Numbered from the stretch's first letter, positions 10,089 to 20,711 are shown. The stretch: DNA of 64,000 nucleotides from a virus (IMGVR_UViG_3300021379_000005:64881-128880); one strand, 5' to 3'. Made by a program: numbers and translations. The notes: a model not told the origin generated them from the letters alone.

Positions 10089-12389
10089 TTATGGATTTAA
10101 ATGAATGTTTGGTGCTTTTATTGTGGTATTCCCACCAGATTCGGTATCAATTGTTCCACCGACTTTCGCATCGACATTGCCACCCACTCTAATATTTACA
10201 TCTGCATCTACAACAACGTTAATCGTTCCCTTAACGTAAATATTATTATTACCAAAGATAATTTCATAATTATCCTTAACAACTTTTGTGACCACAGAAC
10301 CATCTGGATGTATTTCTTCAAATGTTCCAGACCTATGATATGTATGTATTCTTTCTGCGCCGGGCGTGTCATCAAACTCTTGATGGTGTCCAGACTCAGT
10401 AGATAACACTTTGTTGTGTGGATACTCTGCAGCGTATGGAGTTGGTGGTTCATCAAATAGTTCTGTACTTTCAGTGCTTTCCTTTTTCATTTCGACAATA
10501 GAACGTGGATTATATGTGTCCTGTCCATATGAAGAGTTGCCAGAGTTTGCATTAAATGTTGATGGAGACTGATCCACATCTACCACACTACCTTCTTCCA
10601 CTGCATCATCAATCACTGGTAATGGATCTTCATATACTTCCCAAAGAATGTCACCATCTTTTAAACTTGATGATGTTGGGCCGTTACCTTCCACATCAGA
10701 TGTTCCAGAGTTTTTTGCAATAAAGGTTTTTTGTTGGACAAATGTACTGTCATTAGAACCCGCTAGAAGACGCTTGGCGTTTCTTTCATGTCCTTCCATC
10801 TGATTGTTTACTTTGTCTCTTACAGTCCCTGCTGCCCCGCCAGCTGCGGTATCTGAGCGACTATAATACTTTTCTCCGATACCACCAGCATTGATTGCAG
10901 AATAAACTTCTAGTCTACCCATGCCAGGCCTGACACCCTTATCTCGTAAATACTTAACCACCGCACCACTTGGGCCAAGTTGAGTGTCTATTGCTGTTTG
11001 TGGGGTACTGAAGTCTACGCCGTATTGTTTTGCCTGTGGCTCTCCGAATTGAATAAGTCCCCTGTGTTGACCCCATTTAGTGGTGGGCCCTCTTTTCTGA
11101 GGATCGAGTGTGCCACCAGTTTCATATGACATCACTGTTGCAAGATCAATCGCACTGATTCCAAGTGCTTCGGCAGCTGCCAAAGTTCCAGAACGCATTG
11201 TATATGGAGGCCCACTAGACTCTTCTCCCTCTTCTAGTGGCGGCGATTTCACCAAATCACCTTCATTATAAGATTTTCCAGCAGACCATTGCGTTGCACT
11301 TGCAGAAGGCGCCTGACTTTGTTGTTGTGCAGCAGTGTCTGCGGATCTACTAGAAGTTGCTCCAGATTCACTAGTCGTTACAGTATCACACTCCTGACTC
11401 TCTCCAGGCTTCTCAGTACCACCACCAGACGTACTTTCAGCCTGACTACCTGATGCTGGGTCAGGAACAATACCATTTCTTTTTAAGGGAGTAGAACCCC
11501 TTTCCCCAGACGCAGCACTAAAATGCATTGCATCCTTAACACTATTCCAATCGCCACCCCAACCTAGACCATACTTTCTGGCAATAGATGATACGCCATC
11601 TGGCATATCTGTTATTAGTGTATTACCATTAGGATTCTCGGCAGGATTAATATCAATAGCAGCACCACTGGCATGGTAACTAAATCTACTTGGATTATTT
11701 ACATTTTTTCTATATGCATATCCACCAATACTTTTAATAACATATCCTGTACCCTCAAGTTCATTCACAAATCCTTGGAACTGATCTTTAAATACTGTAG
11801 CAACCCAAGCACTCTTTCCAGACTTTGTAGTAATCTTACTAAGTCTTTTTCTATTTTCTTTATCACTTGAAACGCCATCTTGGTTAACTTCTTTTCCGCA
11901 TTCGGTTGTATTTCCAGAAGAAGATGTGTTTTCATCACCACCGTTTGTATTGGATGTACTATCCTTTACACCTCTTGCAAGTCTATTAACATCAGATTCG
12001 TCTTTAGTAGAACCACCAAATACTGATCCACTATCTGAAGGATATGTTCCATCTGCGTTTGTTTCGGAACCCTCTGTTGGACGGCCATAAACTGTTCCAA
12101 AAATTATAGGGTCTTGACCTTGCTCACCATCTCTAAAAAATCCCATAACCCATGCACCAGGCAATGCACCTGTTGGAGATTGTCCGATGCCACCAGTAGA
12201 TGAACTAGTAATAGGCATGATTGGGGACGCCCATGGAAGTTTTTCTGTGGGCAGAATTGCCTTATCTGCAGTATGCCATCCGATAATTCTAACCTTTACT
12301 CGGCCGAGAGCTTCTGGATCTTTTACGTCTTCGATGACACCTTGCCACCAAACCATTCCTTCTCTACCCGAAAACATATTCATATCCAT
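10089..12389 (-). CDS. gp5: Baseplate hub/spike gp5 with M15 peptidase and lysozyme-like inserts
   Basis: OB-fold WWQGVIEDVKDPEALGRVKVRIIGWH; C-term YPHNKVLSTESGHHQEFDDTPGAERIH; internal SYHASGAAIDIN...WGGDW...DAMHF and ATVMSYETG...GLIQFG. Confidence 0.92.
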   Translation of the reverse strand: MDMNMFSGREGMVWWQGVIEDVKDPEALGRVKVRIIGWHTADKAILPTEKLPWASPIMPITSSSTGGIGQSPTGALPGAWVMGFFRDGEQGQDPIIFGTVYGRPTEGSETNADGTYPSDSGSVFGGSTKDESDVNRLARGVKDSTSNTNGGDENTSSSGNTTECGKEVNQDGVSSDKENRKRLSKITTKSGKSAWVATVFKDQFQGFVNELEGTGYVIKSIGGYAYRKNVNNPSRFSYHASGAAIDINPAENPNGNTLITDMPDGVSSIARKYGLGWGGDWNSVKDAMHFSAASGERGSTPLKRNGIVPDPASGSQAESTSGGGTEKPGESQECDTVTTSESGATSSRSADTAAQQQSQAPSASATQWSAGKSYNEGDLVKSPPLEEGEESSGPPYTMRSGTLAAAEALGISAIDLATVMSYETGGTLDPQKRGPTTKWGQHRGLIQFGEPQAKQYGVDFSTPQTAIDTQLGPSGAVVKYLRDKGVRPGMGRLEVYSAINAGGIGEKYYSRSDTAAGGAAGTVRDKVNNQMEGHERNAKRLLAGSNDSTFVQQKTFIAKNSGTSDVEGNGPTSSSLKDGDILWEVYEDPLPVIDDAVEEGSVVDVDQSPSTFNANSGNSSYGQDTYNPRSIVEMKKESTESTELFDEPPTPYAAEYPHNKVLSTESGHHQEFDDTPGAERIHTYHRSGTFEEIHPDGSVVTKVVKDNYEIIFGNNNIYVKGTINVVVDADVNIRVGGNVDAKVGGTIDTESGGNTTIKAPNIHLNP

Positions 12390-13669
12390 TATTGTATACT
12401 CCCACCAGATGGAGGTGTCGGCGATTCCGCTGGTAACGGAAGTCCAATACTATCTCTAACTAACTCAATGTCGGTTTGATATCTCCCACCCTCAATTCTA
12501 TGTCTAATTGCAAACACTAAATACTTTCCACTATAATATTTGTTTGTTCCTGTATTATCTCTTTGGTATATTGGCATTTCAAGTTCTAAGACATCCCCAG
12601 CACAAACATCAGTATCTCCAAAAACAGTAATAGTTACTTTTATATTTTTCATCAACTGCATATAAAATAATCTTGGAAGAAAAAGTTTTTCCTGATTGAA
12701 TGTGGGGTTTCCGCCCTGTAAGTCTCTTTCTGGAACAACATATAAGTTTTTTGGTTTATATTGCATTCCTTGGCCAGTAGTATCTTGAAAAGTGTTACTG
12801 TCCAAGTACTTATAGTCTCCATAATTTTCCCAATATGAGTGTGTATAATTCTTAACCTGTCGTGTTAGTAAATCCACAGCATAAACTTCTGAATTATAAA
12901 ACCCCTTTGTCATATTTCCAAGAACATCGAAGTTTGAATCAAAATTAAAACTAATTACTTTCTTATTTTCAACATTTGTTGAGATATCATCAAGTTCTTT
13001 TGCACCAGCACTTTTGTATGCACCAACGATGAATTTATTCTTTGGTTCTGCCTGTGTCAACATTTCTAACGGTTTCATAACATATTCTTTTGTTGTTTCA
13101 AAAAACATGTAGGAAGAACTTTTATATGTCTCACTAAACGCTTTATTACATAAAAATGAAATACTTTTCATTGGAGTATAATTTGGAATTACTAATCCAT
13201 TATCACCACTATACTGGTCACTACTCGATTCTACAGAAAGACTCTTTGAACTACCAAGTCTCGAAAAAATAGTTTGTGCAATGTCTGTAGAACTTCCTTG
13301 AAAATATTCCGACACCTTTTCTTCAAAATTTTTTGCAAAATCTTTTGAAATCAATTCTAAATTATAAGTCTGAGTTCCATCCTCATCTGTCAGTTCAGAG
13401 ATTTTATGAACAAGAAAATCCAAATTAATATTTTTCCACTCTGGAACTTCAAAATCTAATGAAACTTCTTCTTGTCCCACGATTGGCATAAAAGTTAGCA
13501 TATCTTCTACATCCATAAAACTAACTGTCGCAGTAATACTAGACGATAGTATATCTTCGAAAATACGAATTGATGTAAAATATCTTTTAAGATCTAATTC
13601 AAATCCGTTGTGTGAACGAATAGTGAATTTACGAATATTGTAATCACCTAACTTAAATGTATCTGACAT
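12389..13669 (-). CDS. Putative baseplate hub protein (gp27-like)
   Basis: Lies between gp53 and gp5; C-term GD..AGDVLEL...YSGKYLVFAIRH typical of phage hub proteins. Confidence 0.6.
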   Translation of the reverse strand: MSDTFKLGDYNIRKFTIRSHNGFELDLKRYFTSIRIFEDILSSSITATVSFMDVEDMLTFMPIVGQEEVSLDFEVPEWKNINLDFLVHKISELTDEDGTQTYNLELISKDFAKNFEEKVSEYFQGSSTDIAQTIFSRLGSSKSLSVESSSDQYSGDNGLVIPNYTPMKSISFLCNKAFSETYKSSSYMFFETTKEYVMKPLEMLTQAEPKNKFIVGAYKSAGAKELDDISTNVENKKVISFNFDSNFDVLGNMTKGFYNSEVYAVDLLTRQVKNYTHSYWENYGDYKYLDSNTFQDTTGQGMQYKPKNLYVVPERDLQGGNPTFNQEKLFLPRLFYMQLMKNIKVTITVFGDTDVCAGDVLELEMPIYQRDNTGTNKYYSGKYLVFAIRHRIEGGRYQTDIELVRDSIGLPLPAESPTPPSGGSIQ

Positions 13670-14337
13670 TAAATAACCTCTTCAAAATTCAAAAGAAAAT
13701 CATTCAGTAAATTTGCTCTTAATAATTTAATTACTCTGTTTTTTTCGTTCTTTTCGTGTTCATAATCATATGCACTATAGATTGTATATTTTTTCTTATC
13801 TTGTGGAGTAAGAAGATTATATGTGTCTGGAGAGATTTTATGTCCTAATACATTGTGAGTATAATGGATAGGAATATTCCTTGCAATTGATAATCCGTTT
13901 AAATTGCTTGCGGAATAATCATTCAACACAACTTCCCATCTGTCATTTCTTCTAACAAAAACCTTTTGTTCCAATGTGTCATAGATATAGTCACCAGTTT
14001 TAAATATTCTTGGATAGAAATTTGACCCTTCATATGCAGGAGCCCCATAAACGGTTTCGATGTGAGTTTGTAGTGTTCTACTTGTCATTGGCCAATCATC
14101 ATAAACATTTGCAATATCGTTCATCCATAAAACAACCCAGCCATATGTATGACTGCCATAGTATAAATGGGCAATTGTTTCTGGTGTATCTTCATCTCTT
14201 ATGGTATACTCATAATGCGAAAGAGGATTTTCTCTGTATTGTTCTATAATGTATGCATTTTGAAAGATATTAGTTACCTTTTTTGGTTTTCCGTCCAGCA
14301 TTAAATCATATTTCTTTTTCTCTAGATAATTAAACAT
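13669..14337 (-). CDS. gp53: Baseplate wedge protein gp53
   Basis: YTIRDEDTPETIAHLYYGSHTYGWVVLWMNDI..DWP; YEHEKNEKNRVIKLL. Confidence 0.9.
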   Translation of the reverse strand: MFNYLEKKKYDLMLDGKPKKVTNIFQNAYIIEQYRENPLSHYEYTIRDEDTPETIAHLYYGSHTYGWVVLWMNDIANVYDDWPMTSRTLQTHIETVYGAPAYEGSNFYPRIFKTGDYIYDTLEQKVFVRRNDRWEVVLNDYSASNLNGLSIARNIPIHYTHNVLGHKISPDTYNLLTPQDKKKYTIYSAYDYEHEKNEKNRVIKLLRANLLNDFLLNFEEVI

Positions 14338-15182
14338 TAGTAACCCTCCGCTGCATCCGAAGATGTTACTAACTGAACCTCTTGGAAAGTCAGAGATAAC
14401 TCAATAACTGCAGGAGCATCTGTTTCATTGAAAGTTGCAAACGCACCGTTGCCACCATATTTAACAGTACAGTCAGTTAATACACATGGTTTGATTTTGT
14501 GAAGAAACTCGGCAGGTCTACCACCTAAGTAGTATTCAACAGTAAATGTATTAGGAACTTGGAAAAAATTTAATCCTGCCATTTCAGGAAGCATATTCTT
14601 TCTTAAAAATTTTATCATGTTATTAATTTCAATAGATTCTTTATCTGACCTTGGAAGAATACTATATTGATAATTGAACGCCCTAAAATCAATTCCTCTG
14701 AATAACATATGTTTATTCGCACCAGAAACTCTACCACCAATAACTTGAGATTGCAAATTGCCATCACCACCAAATGCAAGACCTCCTGCAAATTTAGTTG
14801 CTGATAATGAAAGTTCTCCACCAAGATTAAGTACTTTGTCGAGAAATCCATTATCTTCGCCTGCGACTGCACCAGTCTTGCCCAGCATACCCAATGCACC
14901 ACTGTCAGCGCCTTCAAATTGGGACTTTGTTGAATTTTCAATATTTTCTGGAAGATGAAGAGTGACACTCCCGATCTTTTCAAGTTCGACTGCACTTCCT
15001 CTTGTCTGCATAGTCGTGTAACCAGGCTGCTCACCTTTATATGCGGTGAATCTAACAAAATCTCGCATTGGAATTACATCAGCATGTTCATGCAATGACA
15101 TTGGATAGATATAAGTTTCTCCGCCCGCTGCAACTGTTTGTCTCTGTTGCGTTAGTGTGGATGGTAAGTCTGTTGCGGCCAT
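14337..15182 (-). CDS. gp48: Baseplate tail-tube cap gp48
   Basis: LFRGIDFRAFNYQY..PRSDKES; CVLTDCTVKY; ELSLTFQEV. Confidence 0.8.
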   Translation of the reverse strand: MAATDLPSTLTQQRQTVAAGGETYIYPMSLHEHADVIPMRDFVRFTAYKGEQPGYTTMQTRGSAVELEKIGSVTLHLPENIENSTKSQFEGADSGALGMLGKTGAVAGEDNGFLDKVLNLGGELSLSATKFAGGLAFGGDGNLQSQVIGGRVSGANKHMLFRGIDFRAFNYQYSILPRSDKESIEINNMIKFLRKNMLPEMAGLNFFQVPNTFTVEYYLGGRPAEFLHKIKPCVLTDCTVKYGGNGAFATFNETDAPAVIELSLTFQEVQLVTSSDAAEGY

Positions 15183-15211
15183 TAAATACTTGCTCCTAAA
15201 TATTTTGATAC

Positions 15212-15219
15212 TATTTATA
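15212..15219 (-). promoter_or_regulatory. Late promoter TATAAATA for the gp48-gp7 operon
   Basis: Exact motif in the divergent gp48/gp4 gap. Confidence 0.8.
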
Positions 15220-15233
15220 AAGGTTTTTATGAA

Positions 15234-15677
15234 GTGAGAAAAAGATTTACTTATAAAGGAAAATACAAACCAGCAAATCCAGAAAAATATGCAGGCAATG
15301 TGAATAACATTGTATATCGTTCTTCGTGGGAAAGAAGGTTTATGGTGTATTGCGACAACAACGAAGCAATCACTTTCTGGTCGAGCGAAGAATTAGTAAT
15401 ACCTTACATTTCACCAATAGACAGAAGACAACACAAATACTATCCAGACTTTGTAATAAAGATCCAAGAAGAAAATAAAACCCGAACTATTGTTATCGAA
15501 GTAAAACCAAAAAAAGAAACCAAACCCCCAAGAAAGCGTACCAAGATTACACCAAGATATCTGAGTGAAATGAAGACTTGGAGTATCAATGAGGCCAAGT
15601 GGAAATATGCAAAAGAATTCTGCGAAGATAGGAAATGGGAATTTAAAATTTTAACAGAAGATCAACTCGCTCAATAA
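15234..15677 (+). CDS. gp4: Head completion nuclease gp4
   Basis: YKGKYKPANPEKYAG, YRSSWERRFM, WSSEE, YYPDF, IEVKP. Confidence 0.92.
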   Translation: MRKRFTYKGKYKPANPEKYAGNVNNIVYRSSWERRFMVYCDNNEAITFWSSEELVIPYISPIDRRQHKYYPDFVIKIQEENKTRTIVIEVKPKKETKPPRKRTKITPRYLSEMKTWSINEAKWKYAKEFCEDRKWEFKILTEDQLAQ

Positions 15678-15682
15678 AACGA

Positions 15683-15690
15683 TATAAATA
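15683..15690 (+). promoter_or_regulatory. Late promoter TATAAATA for the gp2 operon
   Basis: Exact motif 20 nt upstream of gp2 ATG. Confidence 0.8.
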
Positions 15691-15710
15691 GTAAAAAACG
15701 GCATAAATTA

Positions 15711-16286
15711 ATGACAGACTTTACACCACTATTAAATAGACTCGCTACCCGAAATATTAGACCAAACACCGACAAGGCAAGGGAATGGTTTAGAAAAAAG
15801 GCAAGAGAAACAAGAATCACAAGAGCATCTCTATTGGGAGATGGAGATCGCTCTGCGGCAACACCCAATGTTGGAAGTATGTATTGTTACCAATATGACC
15901 CTAAGTATGCAAAAAAATTACCATACTATGATGAATTTCCACTTATTTTTATGGTGGAAAGAATTTCTGGGGGATTTGTTGGAATCAACTTGCACTATGT
16001 TTCTCCAAGAAATAGAATTGTTGTGATGAATGCGTTATCCGAAATTGCATCAAACAAAAGATATGATTCAACTACAAGACTCAGATTATCTTATAATGTT
16101 CTAAAAGGCCTGTCTAAATATAATGTCATAAAACCTTGTCTCAAAAAATACCTGTTTGCTCATGTTAGATCAAAGTTTGTAAAAATTGAGGCAAATGAAT
16201 GGGATATCGCATTGTTTTTACCAGTACAAAAATTCAAAAAGGCCGCTGCTTCAAAAGTTTGGTCAGATTCTGCTAGGAGATCATAA
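15711..16286 (+). CDS. gp2: DNA end protector gp2
   Basis: YDPKYAKKLPYYDEFPL, GINLHY, CLKKYL..HVRS. Confidence 0.92.
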   Translation: MTDFTPLLNRLATRNIRPNTDKAREWFRKKARETRITRASLLGDGDRSAATPNVGSMYCYQYDPKYAKKLPYYDEFPLIFMVERISGGFVGINLHYVSPRNRIVVMNALSEIASNKRYDSTTRLRLSYNVLKGLSKYNVIKPCLKKYLFAHVRSKFVKIEANEWDIALFLPVQKFKKAAASKVWSDSARRS

Positions 16287-16871
16287 ATGGCGTCAATAGA
16301 TGATTTCATTGGAAATATTTCAAAATCTGGCCTTACTCAGGTAAATCGGTATGAACTTAGAATTCAACCGCCGCCGAAGTCGTTTCTAACAAATCCAGAC
16401 AATTTCTTAAAATTTCGTGTTCCGTCAATTACTTTGCCAGGCAAAACTATTGCAACAACAGAAACCAAGATTTATGGGCCGGTAAGAATGGCACCATACA
16501 CAACTACATACGATCAATTGACGTTTAATATATATTTGAGTGATAACTTAAAAGAAAGAGATTGGTTTGAAGATTGGTTTCACCAAGTTATAGATTTTAC
16601 TACACATAAAATTTCATATTATAACGACTATGTGGCGCCACAGGCAGAACTCATTACATATGATAAAAACGATGTAAAACGACATTCCGTAACGTTTGAG
16701 AATCTATATCCATTATCTATAGGACCAGTTGAATATGCATATGCAAACGAAGAACCAGCGCAATGTCAGATTACGATGTTCTATAGAAAATATCGTTCTG
16801 AAACAGCCAAATCTGAAGCGGAGTTTCGTGATTTTCTAAATGAACTTAGCAATCTAGATATAGACATTTAG
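16287..16871 (+). CDS. gp54: Baseplate tail-tube initiator gp54-like
   Basis: Tube-protein-like motifs ITLPGKTIAT, ERDWFEDW, YYNDY, NLYPLSIG; synteny. Confidence 0.7.
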   Translation: MASIDDFIGNISKSGLTQVNRYELRIQPPPKSFLTNPDNFLKFRVPSITLPGKTIATTETKIYGPVRMAPYTTTYDQLTFNIYLSDNLKERDWFEDWFHQVIDFTTHKISYYNDYVAPQAELITYDKNDVKRHSVTFENLYPLSIGPVEYAYANEEPAQCQITMFYRKYRSETAKSEAEFRDFLNELSNLDIDI

Positions 16872-16909
16872 AATATAATAATTTAAATTATACTTGAAGA
16901 GGATAAAAT

Positions 16910-17632
16910 ATGTTACCTACAATTAATGCACCAACATATGATTTGACTATACCATCAACAAATGAAAGTGTGAAATTTCGTCCGTTTTTGGTCAAGGAAG
17001 AAAAAATTCTTCTGATGGCACAAGAGGGAGAAGAGTTACAAGAAAAAATTGATGCGATAAAACAAATTATTGGAAACTGTTTAGTATCTGATGTAGATGT
17101 TGATAAACTTTCTACATTTGATATTGAACACATTTTCATCAAACTTAGAAGTAAGTCTATTGGAAACGTAATTGGTTTGAGTTACAATCGGGAAGATTGT
17201 ACAGAAGAAGGAGCGGGGCAGGGGGGCTGTCAAATTCCTTTCACATTAGACTTAGAAAAGGCAGAGATTGAAAATCAAGAAGGACACACCAATGAATTGA
17301 ATCTAACGTCAGATATTAAAATTATTATGAAGTATCCAGATTTTAATATCTTAAATTCTGTATTAACTGCAGATAGTGTAGATGATGTAATTGATGTTGT
17401 TGCTACTTGTATTGACATGATCGTTGATGGAAGTGAAGTATATAATGCGTCTGATTATTCAGAAAGTGAATTAAAAACTTTTGTTGAGAATTTAACACAG
17501 CAACAGTTTGAATCTATTAACAATTTTTTTAATACAATGCCAGAAACTGCATGTGATGTAAATATTGTTTGTAGAAAATGTGGATGGAAAAAATCGATGA
17601 AAGTAAAAGGAATTACCGATTTTTTTTCCTAA
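16910..17632 (+). CDS. gp26: Baseplate hub subunit gp26
   Basis: PTYDLTIPST..VKFRPFLVKEEKILL, FDIEHIFIKLRSKSIG, GITDFF. Confidence 0.9.
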   Translation: MLPTINAPTYDLTIPSTNESVKFRPFLVKEEKILLMAQEGEELQEKIDAIKQIIGNCLVSDVDVDKLSTFDIEHIFIKLRSKSIGNVIGLSYNREDCTEEGAGQGGCQIPFTLDLEKAEIENQEGHTNELNLTSDIKIIMKYPDFNILNSVLTADSVDDVIDVVATCIDMIVDGSEVYNASDYSESELKTFVENLTQQQFESINNFFNTMPETACDVNIVCRKCGWKKSMKVKGITDFFS

Positions 17633-17814
17633 GTTTAAATCATGAGTCCCTTGCATCGATGTATCGAAATAATTTTGCGTTGATGCAGCACCATAAATAT
17701 AGTTTGAGTGAATTAGAAGATATGATACCGTGGGAAAGAGAAATATATTTAAATCTTTTGATAAACTATATTAAAGAAGAAGAAAAGCGTAGAAAAGACG
17801 CAATGAGGAGTTAA
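17578..17814 (+). CDS. gp51: Baseplate hub assembly protein gp51 (true start probably downstream)
   Basis: NFALMQHHKYSLSELEDMIPWEREIY. Confidence 0.88.
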   Translation: MWMEKIDESKRNYRFFFLSLNHESLASMYRNNFALMQHHKYSLSELEDMIPWEREIYLNLLINYIKEEEKRRKDAMRS

Positions 17815-17815
17815 T

Positions 17816-18145
17816 ATGGAAGAAGAAATTAAAGCATCTGGACATCACCCCGCCGATACTAATGGAGATGGAAAGGTTTCAAAAGAAGAAGAAAAGATGT
17901 ATCTTGAGTTTAAAAGAAAAGAACTAGAAGATGCTGACGCTCGCAGAGATGCAATGCGTCAAATGGCCTGGTTCTCTTTATTCGGTATGTTACTCTATCC
18001 ATTCGCAGTAGTGATTGCAGTAGTTGCAGGATTGGATCAAGCATCAAAGATTCTGGGTGACATGGCGGCAACATACTTCGTTTCTGTCGCTGCAATTGTT
18101 GCCGCATTCTTTGCGGGCAACGCATATTCAGATAAGAAGAAGTAA
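17816..18145 (+). CDS. Small 2-TM membrane protein with EF-hand-like loop (holin-like candidate)
   Basis: DTNGDGKVSKEE loop, two hydrophobic helices, basic C-terminus. Confidence 0.55.
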   Translation: MEEEIKASGHHPADTNGDGKVSKEEEKMYLEFKRKELEDADARRDAMRQMAWFSLFGMLLYPFAVVIAVVAGLDQASKILGDMAATYFVSVAAIVAAFFAGNAYSDKKK

Positions 18146-18148
18146 TAA

Positions 18149-20704
18149 ATGGCAAGTCCTGATCTAAAAGCGGTAACAGAAAAACTTATCAGACAAAACC
18201 AAGAGGAATTGTCTGCGTCATTTAGCGCTGCAACCGATCAGTTGCAATCTGCCGCCGCTAGACAGGCCCTTACAGAAGTTGCTGATATTCTTGGACAGCA
18301 AGAAGGTGTGTCTGTAAAAGAATTCAAAGAAACCAAAAAGAAGATTGACCTTCTTGATGCTGATTTGGCACAACTAGAAGGTGCTACTGACCAAGAAAAG
18401 AAAGCACTTCAAGAGATATTAAGAGCGTCCCAAGAAAGTATCAAACAAAACACTACATTTAAAAAATCTATTGGTGATCTTGCAACAAAGACAGTAGAAA
18501 GTTCAATTAGTGGAATTGGTGGAGTTATTACAGGTGCATTGAGTGGTAGTCCACTATTAGCATTTGGTGCATCATTTGTTGGTGACAGAATTAAACAATT
18601 CAGAGAAACAAGAAAAGCAAATAAGGCAGAGGAAGAAGAAAGACAAAGAAGAATTATAGAACAGAGAAAAATTGAAGAAGAAGAATTTTCTGTTTTAAGA
18701 ACACAAATATCAAATGAAGAAGCCATCTCAAGAGCAAATATAACATCGGAAGAAGTAGCGAACCAAGCACTTGCAAGAGGTATTACTGAACAAGAGGTTA
18801 TTGACGAACAAAAGAATGCTATAATTCGTCAGGCAAAGATTGCAAAAGAGACAGAAGATGCAAACAAGGCAAGAGAAGATGAAATTGAGTCCATTAGAAA
18901 AAGTTATGGACTTGATATGTCAGAGTCTCCAGTATCTGTTCCACAACCAGAAACCTCAGTATCAGACGATAGAGAAAATATTACAATACCATCTCCATCT
19001 GAAAATGTTCAAAGTTTATCTACAGAAGAGACATCCGCTCCAAGTGAAATTTCTCAAATCACAGCAACAAAATTAGATGAAGTAAAAGAACAACTTGGAG
19101 AAAACAGTCCATATCTAGAAGAAGTAGTAAATCTTCTAAAATTCTTGCAGGATACTTCTGACAATCCATCTCCATTAGATTTAGAAAATCAAAGAGAAAA
19201 TAATAGAGAAAGAAAAATTGAACAAGATTTAGAAAAAACTCAAATCAAACTTCTCGAACAGATTGTAGAAAACACTGGAAACTTAGATGAAATCTCTGGT
19301 GATGGGGGTGGATTTTTGGACGGATTGTTAGGTGGAATCGGAGGTGGCCTATTAGACGGCGTTGGAGATGGACGAAGAGGTAGAAGAGGCCGAGGTAACG
19401 TTAGAGGAAGAGGCGGTATTAGAGGTGCATTCTCAAGGGTTGGAGGAGCGGTAAGAAGTGGTGTCGGCCGAGTCGGTTCAGTAGTGAATAGGGCAAGCGG
19501 CGGAAGATTTGGCAGACTTGGAAATTTTGTAAGAAATGTAGGAACTGGGGTTACAGGAAGAGCAAGAAGTTTTATTGGTGGTGGATTGAATGCTGCAAGG
19601 GGTGTATTAGGGGGAATTAAAAACGTTGGATTGAATGCACTAAAACTTGGCGGCGGGGCAGTAGCAGGACTTGCTGCAACTGGAGCGGTAAAAACAGCAA
19701 ACGCTGCAAGTAATGTTGCGAGTAATGTAAAAAATACAATGACTTCGATGCCTGATAGAATAAAAGGTGTTGGTAGTGCAATACCCGACAAACTTCCAAA
19801 AACGCCAAGTATTTCAGTGCCCCCAAAAATGCCATCAGTAATGGATAAAATAACAGCACCAGCAAAAGGAGTTGGTGCAAAAATAAGTGGACTTGCATCT
19901 AAAGTAACTGGAAAGGGCGCCGCAAGTGTCGCTACAAAGGGGGCTGCAACTGCTGGTAAAACTGCTAGTAAGGGACTTGGGAAATCTTTATTGAAAAAAA
20001 TCCCCGGCGTTGGTTTAATTGCAGGATTGGGATTTGGTGCTCAAAGAGCATTTAGTGGAGACTTCTCTGGTGCAGGCCTAGAGGTACTTTCTGGACTTAC
20101 TAGTATAATACCAGGCCTTGGTACTGCTGCGTCAACGGCGATTGATGCTGGACTCATGGCGAAGGATATGGGTGCATTTGATGGAGAAGAAGGTGCATCA
20201 GTTCCAGAGATATCTCCAGAAGATCAAAAAGCAGAACTTCAGTCAAAAATTGCAGAGGCAAAAGATAGAATTACCAGAAGTGAAGGTGGTGAAAATGTTT
20301 ATTGGGGCAGAGATTCTAAAGGCAGAGAAGAAGATGCAGCAGAAATAGAAAAACTACAAGCTGAATTAGACAAATTGAACATCACTCCAAAAATGATGGA
20401 TTTTGATTCTGGTGTTTCTGCACAAGAAATGATGGATGCTGATTCTGGTGTTTCTGCACAAGAATCATTCTCAAGTGATGTTCCTAACAAAAAATTAGAA
20501 GCGTCTAATATGATGGACAGTGTTGCTATGGATAAATCTACATCAGAAGCGAAACAGGCTGCGAACATTATAAATGCGCCGCAACAAAATACTGTGAATA
20601 ATGTAACCAACAATTCAACAATTATGCCTAAACAAAAACCAGAAGTAAGACATACTGATGGTGCTGTGAGGGATGCTAAGTTATCTTTAGTGGGAGCATG
20701 GTAG
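18149..20704 (+). CDS. Tape measure protein / gp29-like
   Basis: 851 aa; coiled-coil N-half, G/R/A-rich middle, LLKKIPGVGLIAG motif, NNVTNNS tail; follows gp51. Confidence 0.7.
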   Translation: MASPDLKAVTEKLIRQNQEELSASFSAATDQLQSAAARQALTEVADILGQQEGVSVKEFKETKKKIDLLDADLAQLEGATDQEKKALQEILRASQESIKQNTTFKKSIGDLATKTVESSISGIGGVITGALSGSPLLAFGASFVGDRIKQFRETRKANKAEEEERQRRIIEQRKIEEEEFSVLRTQISNEEAISRANITSEEVANQALARGITEQEVIDEQKNAIIRQAKIAKETEDANKAREDEIESIRKSYGLDMSESPVSVPQPETSVSDDRENITIPSPSENVQSLSTEETSAPSEISQITATKLDEVKEQLGENSPYLEEVVNLLKFLQDTSDNPSPLDLENQRENNRERKIEQDLEKTQIKLLEQIVENTGNLDEISGDGGGFLDGLLGGIGGGLLDGVGDGRRGRRGRGNVRGRGGIRGAFSRVGGAVRSGVGRVGSVVNRASGGRFGRLGNFVRNVGTGVTGRARSFIGGGLNAARGVLGGIKNVGLNALKLGGGAVAGLAATGAVKTANAASNVASNVKNTMTSMPDRIKGVGSAIPDKLPKTPSISVPPKMPSVMDKITAPAKGVGAKISGLASKVTGKGAASVATKGAATAGKTASKGLGKSLLKKIPGVGLIAGLGFGAQRAFSGDFSGAGLEVLSGLTSIIPGLGTAASTAIDAGLMAKDMGAFDGEEGASVPEISPEDQKAELQSKIAEAKDRITRSEGGENVYWGRDSKGREEDAAEIEKLQAELDKLNITPKMMDFDSGVSAQEMMDADSGVSAQESFSSDVPNKKLEASNMMDSVAMDKSTSEAKQAANIINAPQQNTVNNVTNNSTIMPKQKPEVRHTDGAVRDAKLSLVGAW
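20393..20464 (+). repeat. In-frame 36-bp tandem duplication (MMDxDSGVSAQE x2)
   Basis: atgatggat(ttt/gct)gattctggtgtttctgcacaagaa repeated twice. Confidence 0.9.
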
Positions 20705-20711
20705 GAACCTT

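Noticed and set aside
313-14958. Many short plus-strand ORFs and alternate-frame ORFs in the baseplate module
   Set aside because: Shadow frames of long, well-supported minus-strand genes
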